This document shows, in pieces, positions 10,946 through 19,309 of a stretch of DNA of 20,000 nt (the stretch's first letter is position 1; each line of letters opens with the position of its first letter). The translations under genes were made by a program, and so were the position numbers. Under the pieces are notes generated by a model that ran no database searches, was not told the DNA's origin, and was given only the letters and a program-made list of their open reading frames with translations. The stretch is from Chiloscyllium plagiosum (taxonomy: Eukaryota). The stretch lies in contig NC_057718.1 of NCBI RefSeq assembly GCF_004010195.1, positions 63,324,008 through 63,344,007 on the forward strand, given 5' to 3'.

Positions 10946-11857
10946 GTAAAAAAATGTGGCACTGGAAAAGCACAGCAGGTCAGGCAGCATCTGAACAGCA
11001 GGAGAGTCAATGTAAGACCATAAGACATAGGAGTGGAAGTAAGGCCATTCAGGCATAAGCCCATCATCAAGAATATGGAGGGGGAAGTGGGCTGAGAGAC
11101 AAATAGGGGAGTGAGTGTAGGAAGACAGCTGAGAAGGTGATGGTGGATGCAGGTGGGGGGCTAACAGTGGTAGTTCAGTGAGGAGGGTGAAGTGGATAGG
11201 TGGGAAGGAAGATGGACAGGTAGGACAGGTCAAGAGGGTGGTGCCAAGTTGGAGGGTTGGATCTGGGATGAGGTGGGGAGGGGCAGGGGAGATATGGAAA
11301 CTTGTGAAGACACCTTTGATGCCGTGTGGCTGAAGGGTCCCAAAGTGGAAGATGAGACACTCTTCCCCCAGTTGTCGGGTGGCTTGAATTTGGTGGTGGA
11401 GACGGCCCAGGGCTTGCATGTCCTTGGGTAGTGGAGGAAGAACTGGAGGAAGAACGCCTCAACTTCTACTTGGGACCCTTCAACTGCATAGCATCAACAT
11501 CGACTTCATCAGTTTCCAAATCTCCCTTCCCCCCTCATTCCAGATCCAACCCTCCAACTCGGCACCACCCTCTTGAACTGTCCTACCTGTCTATTCTTCC
11601 TTTCCACCTATCCACTCCACCCTCCCCACCAACCTATCACTATTACTCCCGACCTGTATCCACCTATTGCCTTTCCCCCCCAGCCCACCCCTATCCTATT
11701 TATCTCTTAGTCCCCTTTCCCCCTCCACATTCCTGATGAAGGGCTTATGCCTAAAATGTCGACTCTGGTGCTCCTCAAATGCTGCCTGACCTGCTGTGCT
11801 TTTCCAGCACCACACTTTTCAACTCTGACTCTCCAGCATCTGCATTCCTCACCTTCT
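10946..11857. mobile_element. Inverted pair of Penelope 3' ends (10946-11430 minus; 11431-11857 plus)
   Basis: Both arms encode the PLE C-terminus (LGEECLIFHFGTLQPHGI on minus; LEEERLNFYLG on plus) and end in the pLTR; imperfect TSD ccaatctaatcaaga (10931-10945) / cccatctgatcaaga (11858-11872); mutated hammerhead core at 11733-11760. Confidence 0.85.
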
Positions 11858-13399
11858 CCCATCTGATCAAGATCCTGTTGTCGTCTGAGGTAGCCTTCTT
11901 CGCTGTCCACTACATCTCCAATTTTGGTGTTATCTGCAAACTTACTAACTATACTTTGTTTGTTCACATTCAAATCATTTATACAATTGACAAAAAGCAG
12001 TGGACCCGGCACCGATCTTGTGTCACACTATTAGTCACAAGCCTTCAGCCTGAAAAGCAACCTTCCACTAATACCCCGTCTTCTACCTACGAGCCAGTTC
12101 TGTATCCATATACCTCGTTCTGCCTATATTCCATGTGAGCTAACCTTGCTAACCAGTCTACCACAAAGAACCTTGTCAAACACCTTACTGAAGTCCATAT
12201 GGATTACATCAACCTCTCCGCCCTCATCAATCCTCTTCCTTACTTTTCAAAAAAGTCAAATTAGTGAGATGTGATTTGCTAAGCACAAGGCTAAGTTAAC
12301 TATCCCTAATCAGTCCTGGCCTTTCCAAATACATGTAAATCCTGTCCCTCAGGATTCCATCCCATAACCTGCCTACCACCAATGCCAGGCTCTTCCTCAC
12401 CACCTTTCTTAAATAATGGCACCATGTTAACCAACCTTCAGTTCTTCGGCACCTCACCTGTGACTATCGATGATATTTTGATCAGCAATCACTCCCTTAG
12501 CTTCCCATAGAGTTCTAGGATACACCTGATCAGATCTTGGGGATCTATCCATGTTTATGCATTTCAAGCCATCCAGCACCTCTTCCTCTGTAATATAGAC
12601 ATTTTATTTTCCCACATTCCATATCTTCCAAGTCCTTCTCTACAGTAAACCCTGATGCAAAATACTCATTTAGTACCTCCCTCACATCCTGCACTTCCAC
12701 ACGTAGGCTGCCTTGCTGAACTTTGAGATGCCCTATTCTCTCCCTAGCTATCCTTTTGTCTTTAATGTATTTATAAAACCTTTGGATCCTCCTTAACCCT
12801 ATTTGCCAAACCTATCTCATGTCTCGTTTTTGCCCTCCTGATTTTCCTCTTAAGTCTACTCATACAGCCTTTATACACTTCTAAGAATTCACCCGATCTC
12901 TGTTGTCTATACCTGATGTATGTTTCCTTCTTTTCTTAAGCAAAACTTCAACTTCTTTCAACATCCAGCATCCCCTACACTTACTAGCCTTGCCTTTCAC
13001 CCTAACAAGAACATACTGTCTCCGAACTCTTGCTATCTCATTTTTAAAGGCTTCCCATTTTCCAGCTGTCCCTTTAACATCTACTCCCAATCAACTTTTG
13101 AAAGTTCTTGCCTGATACCATCAAAATTGGCCTTCCTCCAATTTAGAATTTTAACTTTTAGATCTGGTCGATCCTTTTCCATCACTACTTTAAAACTAAT
13201 AGAATTATGGTTGCTGGCCCCAAAGTGCTCCCCCATTTACACCTCAGTCACATGCCCTGCCTTATTTCCCAAGAGTAGGTCAAGTTTTGCATCTTCTCGA
13301 GTAGGTCCATTCACATACTGAATCAGAACATTTTCTTGTACACACTTAAATTCCTCTCCATCTAAACCCTTAACACTATGGAAGTACTCCCAATCAAAC

Positions 13400-14170
13400 T
13401 AGTTAATCTACTCTGGACTGCCGAATGCCATTGCCAATATATCTTTTCATAGATCAGGGGACCAAAATAGTTCACAGTATTCCAGGTGTGGCATGACTTG
13501 GGTATTGCATAGTTTCAGCAAGAGCTTCCTATTTTTATACTTCATTCCCTTTGTTTCAAAGGCCAACAGTCTATTTGCCTTCCCTATTATCTGATGGACA
13601 TTAGGGCCCCTAAATACTTCTATGTTGCAGCTTTCTTCAGTCTCTCTCTGCTAATATTAATCTCTTCCTACGAAAATGCCCCTTTATCTCAATTGTAACT
13701 GCTATTAGTTAGCCTGTCCTCTATCCATGTTAATGTTACACTTCCAACACTTTATTTTCTTAAGTAACCTCATGTGATTAGATTAGATTACTTACAGTGT
13801 GGAAACAGGCCCTTCGGCCCAACAAGTCCACACCGACCCGCCGAAGCGCAACCCACCCATACCCCTACATACATTTACCCCTTCACCTAACACTACGGGC
13901 AATTTAGCATGGCCAATTCACCTGACCTGCACATCTTTGGACTGTGGGAGGAAACCGGAGCACCCGGAGGAAACCCACGCAGGCACGGGGAGAACGTGCA
14001 AACTCCACACAGTCAGTTGCCTGAGGCGGGAATTGAACCCAGGTCTCCGGCGCCGTGAGGCAGCAGTGCTAACCACTGTGCCACCGTGCCGCCCACATGT
14101 GCAGTACCTTCTCAAATGCTTTTTGGAAATCCAAATTTATTACATCTTCTGGTTTCCTTTAATTCATACT
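13400..14170 (-). mobile_element. Old CR1 RT remnant hosting the SINE
   Basis: Reverse complements encode PHLEYCELFW (13450-13490) and LDFQKAFEKV (14105-14135); continuous across the SINE. Confidence 0.65.
13777..14094 (-). mobile_element. HE1-type tRNA-derived V-SINE, full length
   Basis: Head gggcggcacggtggcacagtggttagca (A box), B box ggttcaattcc (14029-14039), V-domain tggagtttgcacgttctccccgtg..tgggtttcctccgggtgctccggtttcctcccacagtccaaaga, CR1-like tail ending (taatc)n; TSD catgtg at 13771-13776 and 14096-14101. Confidence 0.93.
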
Positions 14171-14339
14171 ATGTGTCCTATACAAATAACTAGCTGTCAT
14201 TTACACCTATTTTACTTATTTATATCTCTTTTACTATTATTATCACTGTCTTCGACTTTTGCTCTGGATGCCTTCATAATCTGTTCCACTTGCTCATCCC
14301 TTTCTGTCCAGCATTAGCTCCTTTCAATAGTAGAGAAAT

Positions 14340-14412
14340 TGACACCACACTCAAAATATTAATTCTGTTTCTCCCTCCACAAATGGTACCTGACCTGCTG
14401 AGTTTCTATCAC
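14340..14412 (+). mobile_element. Degenerate PLE pLTR remnant
   Basis: ctctccacaaatggtacctgacctgctgagtttct-like sequence resembles the pLTR tail of the element at 794-1622. Confidence 0.4.
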
Positions 14413-15089
14413 AAAATGGATTCTAGTGCATGAAATAAACCCATTCTTCCAAAACCAATCTTTAAGTCATCCACTTAACTCCTTGACTTTATTAACACCA
14501 TGACAGTTTGCTTATGACTCAGAATTTTGAAGGTTCTGATTTTTCCTTTAGGTCCTAACTGTTCAATAAAGAAGATAATTCAGCAGAACTCCTCTCCAGT
14601 CATTTGAATATTATGACCAACATTGCACAATGAGAACTGGATCCCACCCTTCCTACTCCAAATTCCTCTCCAGCCCAAGATGTCCCGAACCACGGCATCA
14701 GGCAAGCAATATAACCTTTGGGACTCAAGCTACGAAGAAAAGTACCTATCCCATAACTGTACTGTTACCCACTACTCCTATATTCCTATTTCCTCCACTC
14801 ACATGAATGGCTCCCTGAACCACAATGTTTTGTTATTAGTTTGCTCATCCTCCCTGCAGTTTCCACTTTGGTCCAAGCTGTTTTCACAGACCTTACAACT
14901 TTTGGAGAACTGCATGACTGAAGCTCCTCGAAAACTGTTTCTTGGGTCCCATACCTGTCTCACCTACAATCACACCCTTCTGTTGCTGATCACAGCCTAA
15001 GTTTGAATGACCTAACTTACGGGGTGTGACGCTTCCTGGAACAATATCCTGGTAAATTTCTCCATTTCTGACGTGACGCAAAATCATTA

Positions 15090-15255
15090 CTGTGGTACTT
15101 ACAAAATTTAAAAGGCATCTGGATAGGTACATGGATAGGAAGGGTTTAGAAGGACATGAGCCAAATGCTGGCAAATGGAACTAGATAAATTTAGGATATC
15201 TGGTCACAATGGACGAGTTGGACCGAAGGGTCCGTTTTCGTGCTGTGTAAGTCTA
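15090..15255 (+). mobile_element. CR1 3' terminal fragment
   Basis: FKRHLDRYMDRKGLEG followed by the same 3' UTR as the 9946-10100 copy. Confidence 0.85.
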
Positions 15256-15599
15256 GCTCCTGGACCAGTGTGCAGAATTACATAAAATACATGGCATTTC
15301 TTGTTAATAAATAACATATTCAATCATCATGGAAATTTCTAATCACATACTCGATCCTCATACTTCAGATAGTTTATACTTGATTCCTGCCATCTAAAGT
15401 TAGTGTGGAAAAGTCCAAATGCCAGATTATACAAATAAAAATGCGGCGACGAGAGCTGCCTTTGAAAGAAAGGTAGACTAAGACAAATACTGTACTTTTT
15501 TTGACGGGGCATAATCAATCCAGATATTAAGAAAAAAAGGCTTTTCCAAGGCAACAGCGCTTAGAAAATTCACACTAACTTGAACAATGTTCATTCTTT

Positions 15600-16300
15600 G
15601 GGTTTCTTACAAGACCGCAAACCCTGGCACTGGAGAAAGGCTGCTATCAACTCAAGCGCCAGGCCTCGTTACCATTGACAACGCGGCCGCCGTGTGTCAA
15701 TGACGTGCCCCCCTCCCCCACAACAACAATCTCAAGGCCCTCACCTCCTCGGCGACCAATGGATTCTGGCTGATTCGTAACGGTTGGGCTTTCCCTCTCT
15801 CATACAGCGTCGAGGGTGTCCTGGTCTTTGGGTTCATGGGAGTTTTGATGCAGGAGGTAATGAGAACCGAGAACCGATGGGGATTCTGCATCCCGTCAGG
15901 ATTTCACCGCCAGCTCTTAGAGCAACGGTCACTCCACCGGAGGGAGGGGGGGGTTAATGTTACGGGGAGCCCGGAGGGCCAAAAAAGGTCATCTTTCCAC
16001 AGCGATTATTCCAATTCGGTCTGTTTTATCTGTCTCTACCGAGAAAAGCACAAAGCTGATTGTAACAATGGCGAACCTATCAATATTCAAGTTAATTGCT
16101 ATAAAAAATGATAGATTTTGGAGTGAGTTTAGGATGTTGTTATCATAGATACCAGGTCAGTGAGCAGGACAGCTGGTTCACCATGCACGGTGACGTCAAT
16201 AAAGCGGTTCATTCCCCACACTGGCTGAGATTATCGAGAAGGTCCAACCTTTTCAACCTCGCCTCAGACGTGTTGAACTGCAGGTTAAACTACCTCCAGT
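15600..16300. promoter_or_regulatory. CpG-enriched putative promoter / first-exon region
   Basis: No recognisable repeat; visibly CpG-rich against CpG-poor flanks; X-box-like GTTACCATTGACAAC 15668-15682, TGACGTG 15701-15707, CCCCTCCCC box, CCAAT 15756-15760, full CRE TGACGTCA 16191-16198. Confidence 0.5.
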
Positions 16301-16456
16301 TGTACCTTTATAGTGAGAAAGCAGCTCATGTCTGCGCTATCGTTAAGATTGTTTACACTTCCATAACACTGTTTGAAACAGCCACTGTTGTAGTTCACCT
16401 GTTACTGCTGCCCTAAATGGCCACTAGCCCAATTGTCCCTTTCCTGCCCAGGGATT

Positions 16457-16845
16457 GTCATGTACCATATTATTGACCAGGCCAGACCCCCTCAAAACAT
16501 TTCAAGAAGGTAACCCAGACCCTAACTTTTCTAGTAGTTTTGAGCAGGTTTAATGTTGATATTCCAGGAGTGATGCAGCTGATCAAAACTCTTCATTTTT
16601 AAACAAAACAACTTATTTTACAGAGTACGAAATGAAACACAAAGAGATCAGAAGACAGAATAACTTAAATTATCCGAAAACCTAATGGACTATCCCAATT
16701 TAGTTAAGCTGTTCCAAATTCCTGCAACAATCCCCATAAGCACCCCTTGCCAAAAACAGGTAAAATCAAACACAGGGTCTCACAGGAGAGAGTGATTCAG
16801 CATGGAACATCTTTATGTAGCTGTTTCTTTTGGATTCTTAGGTAA
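16457..16845. mobile_element. Probable older LTR-retrotransposon LTR fragment, truncated by the ERV
   Basis: Begins TGTCA; resembles a common shark interspersed LTR-like repeat (recognition from memory, no internal second copy). Confidence 0.4.
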
Positions 16846-16849
16846 CAAC

Positions 16850-17504
16850 TGTGGGATATAGGTAAATTAATATTTCTTCTGCAGTTCTGCAATTCTGCAA
16901 TTATAATTTCTGATACAAAGTAAATGAACTCACATCAGTGTGTGGTTGGTTTGGCCGGGAGCTGAGTCAACAAGAATGGAAACTATGTGGAGGAAATATA
17001 TAATTGTATGCCAGCATGAAACGTGATTGCAAAACAATGGTAGAAATACAGGCACTAGGTAAAATGCTGTGAAGAGAGGCCTGTATAAACAGTAGGTTTC
17101 CCACTTGTACAGAGACACAGGAACAAACCCCAATTAAAAGGGCTTAGTGATAAGATGCTGTGAGGGGCAGCGCAGATGGAGGGAGTAGATAATGGTAAGC
17201 AAAGGATGGGATGAGGTCAAACGGCCTTGTGAGGTCAGAGTAAGCATTTTGTCACAGACAAGACCGGATAAACAGGAATAATGGGCCCAGTCTTACGGAA
17301 CTGGAGGAAGAAGATAGGGGAAGAGCAATGTAAAACAAAAGAAGCCAAATTATATAAATATTGAGCGTTTGTCGAATTCAGTGTGTGTTTTGTCCCTGCC
17401 TTGTGACATCACACCCACTTACAAGTGTAAAATAAATGACACCACTGATTCAGATTTTTGTCTCGGACTGAAATTATTGAAGTGTGTGAGCTTTGTTTCT
17501 CACA
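16850..17504 (+). repeat. 5' LTR of the ERV (about 655 bp)
   Basis: TG...CA ends with imperfect inverted termini tgtggga / tctcaca; TATATAAA 17351-17358; AATAAA 17431-17436; PBS starts 2 nt after the CA. The 3' boundary is firm; the 5' boundary is inferred because no 3' LTR is in the window. Confidence 0.75.
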
Positions 17505-17506
17505 AT

Positions 17507-17523
17507 TGGGGGCTGTCCGGGAT
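17507..17523 (+). promoter_or_regulatory. Primer-binding site, tRNA-Pro (copy 1)
   Basis: TGGGGGCT-GTCCGGGAT versus the canonical MLV PBS-Pro TGGGGGCTCGTCCGGGAT (one-base deletion). Confidence 0.92.
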
Positions 17524-17734
17524 TTTCTTCCATCGCCGGGGAGGGGGGTGGCTGGCCTTGGACACTGGGAAGACGCATCCCGTTCCCCATTGAGGAGCAG
17601 TCTCGTGTCCCGGTTTGGTCTGCTCCCTTGGGTGACTGGTACGGATCCCACAAGAGAGACATCTGAATCAGACAGTGATGGGAGGTTGATAGGTAATACG
17701 GCGAAAAGGGGCCAGGCAACTCTGTGCACAGACC

Positions 17735-17743
17735 AAGGTAAGG
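17735..17743 (+). promoter_or_regulatory. Putative major splice donor of the ERV leader (second copy at 18203-18211)
   Basis: AAG|GTAAGG between the PBS and gag, the position expected for a retroviral major splice donor. Confidence 0.6.
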
Positions 17744-17975
17744 AAATTGACTTTTAAGTATTGCCTTGGTGGCCAGGATTGAGTTTTAGTAGTTAATAAG
17801 GGACGAACGAAGGAACTCAATATTGGTTGTGCCGTGGAAAAGGAGACAGCCTCCGGGGAAACAAAAGATGAAAAAGGCAATGGAAATGGAGGAGTGTAAA
17901 ATAAATGACACCACTGATTCAGATTTTTGTCTCGGTCTGAAATTATTGAAGTGTGTGAGCTTTGTTACTCACAAT

Positions 17976-17992
17976 TGGGGGCTGTCCGGGAT
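17976..17992 (+). promoter_or_regulatory. Primer-binding site, tRNA-Pro (copy 2)
   Basis: Identical sequence within the tandem duplicate. Confidence 0.92.
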
Positions 17993-18289
17993 TTTCTTCC
18001 ATCGCCGGGGAGGGGGGTGGCTGGCCTTGGACACTGGAAGATGCATCCCGTTCCCCATTGAGGAGCGATCTCGTGTCCCGGTTTGGTCTGCTCCCTTGGG
18101 CGACTGGTACGGATCCCACAAGAGAGACATCTGAATCAGACAGTGATGGGAGGTTGATAGGTAATATGGCGAAAAGGGGCCAGCCAACTCTGTGCACAGA
18201 CCAAGGTAAGGAAATTGACTTTTAAGTATTGCCTTGGTGGCCAGGATTGAGTTTTAGTAGTTAATAAGGGACTAACGAAGGAACTCAAT

Positions 18290-18605
18290 ATGGGTTGTGC
18301 CGTGGAAAAGGAGACAGCCTCCGGGGAAACAAAAGATGAAAAAGGCAATGGAAATGGAGGCGCGTTCCCTTACAGCATACCTCCAGAAAGTCCTTTGGGC
18401 AGGATGTGGAATTGGAGAAATAATACTTGTACAAGGGAGAAAGATGATTAGATATTGTTGCTTTGTATGTACTAAGGAATCCATTCTTCGTCCTGCTGTC
18501 TTCTGGCCAAAGTACAGGTCGGACGAAGACTGGGTTTGTAAATATCTGAATTTATATGTCAATGTGTGAGAGAGAGAGAATGAAAAGAGCTGTACAGCTG
18601 GTAGA
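18290..18605 (+). pseudogene. gag: gag matrix (MA) domain, frameshifted
   Basis: ATG 18290: MGCAVEK...IPPESPLGRMWNW..TREKD (stop 18449), frameshift to KMIRYCCFV..VFWPKYRSDEDWVCKYLNLYVN; IPxxSPLG and WPxxGS-type motifs of class I ERV matrix. Confidence 0.85.
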
Positions 18606-19309
18606 AAGTTTAACCCTTTGTGATTTGGTCTGAATGAACATTTGTTTGTTGGTGATTGAATATTTGTGTTTTATTCCCTGGAGCTTGAGTTCCAGGACTG
18701 TTTTGAATCTGATTTTTATTATGGAAACTTAACATGATTTCTTTTAAGGTTAAGGATTCTATAGAGATTATGAAAAAAAGAATGATAACTCCTGTTCTTT
18801 TTACAGATCATGACTGCCTTATTATCAGTTTCTAACTAATCTCTTTTATCTTTACATAAAAGTGATTTATGGAGGACAGTTGAAGTTTCAGTTCAACATT
18901 AGATTGTAGTAAAAATAAAATCCTGTGGTTAATATCTGTGACCTTGGATTCGGCCATTGTTCATGCATTAGAAGTTTATTTTTAAACTTGAATAGAAAAA
19001 TTCTTTTAAGGCAGCTCTGATTTTTTTCACGACCTATAGTATTGTAATTGAGCAATGATTGGTCAGGACTACTTAAGAAAACTAATTTTGGATTGAAATT
19101 AAGGGACTAAAACCGGGTGATTACAATGGATTTCAAAATTGGGAACTGTATGCATTTTACATTTTAAATATTAAATACTGAATAAATGAATGTAAATATA
19201 TGAATATATTTACAAGTTTGGAACAGGCTTTAAAGTTAGTCAAGCATGAATTGATGAATTGGTGTTTGAAGATATGGGGAGCTAGAAATATTGCAATATT
19301 TCTTTAAGA

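Larger units (their letters stand above)
9946..13385 (-). mobile_element. Long defective CR1 LINE (endonuclease-linker through RT to 3' UTR) interrupted by two PLE insertions
   Basis: SKFADNTKIGDVVDSEEG (11707-12012), EWQMELNLDRCEMLYFGK (10779-10973), KWEAFKNEI (12881-13090), EHFGASNHNSISF near 13190-13235; 3' tail at 9946-10050. Confidence 0.92.
17424..18360 (+). repeat. Tandem duplication of R/U5-PBS-leader-gag start (469 + 468 bp)
   Basis: Copies at 17424-17892 and 17893-18360; about 10 substitutions and one 1-bp indel by eye. Confidence 0.97.

Noticed and set aside
10940..11736. Proline/serine-rich ORFs of 79-159 aa
   Set aside because: They derive from the C-rich Penelope 3' region and its inverted copy
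11733..11760. Active hammerhead
   Set aside because: The essential GAAA box reads AAAA, so it is presumed inactive
14020..14094. tRNA gene
   Set aside because: The A/B boxes belong to the SINE head; no complete cloverleaf is evident
13799..14317. 172-aa ORF, the longest in the window
   Set aside because: It is the antisense reading of the HE1 SINE plus flanking CR1 decay, not a gene
14600..15000. 125-aa ORF or L2 remnant
   Set aside because: Non-ATG start and no motif strong enough to assign
15358..15393. Minus-strand MAGIK start resembling LEPROT/LEPROTL1
   Set aside because: Only five residues match, it runs into a stop, and there is no good donor at the expected position
17369..18348. 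Pairs of similar 70-106-aa ORFs in the ERV leader as accessory genes
   Set aside because: They are by-products of the tandem duplication, mostly use non-ATG starts, differ by a frameshift between copies and show no recognisable domain
18720..18890. SH2-like (FYYGNLT..FLLR) or F-box-like (LWRTVEV) motifs in the gag insert
   Set aside because: Matches are very short and interrupted by stops; they cannot be distinguished from chance without a profile search
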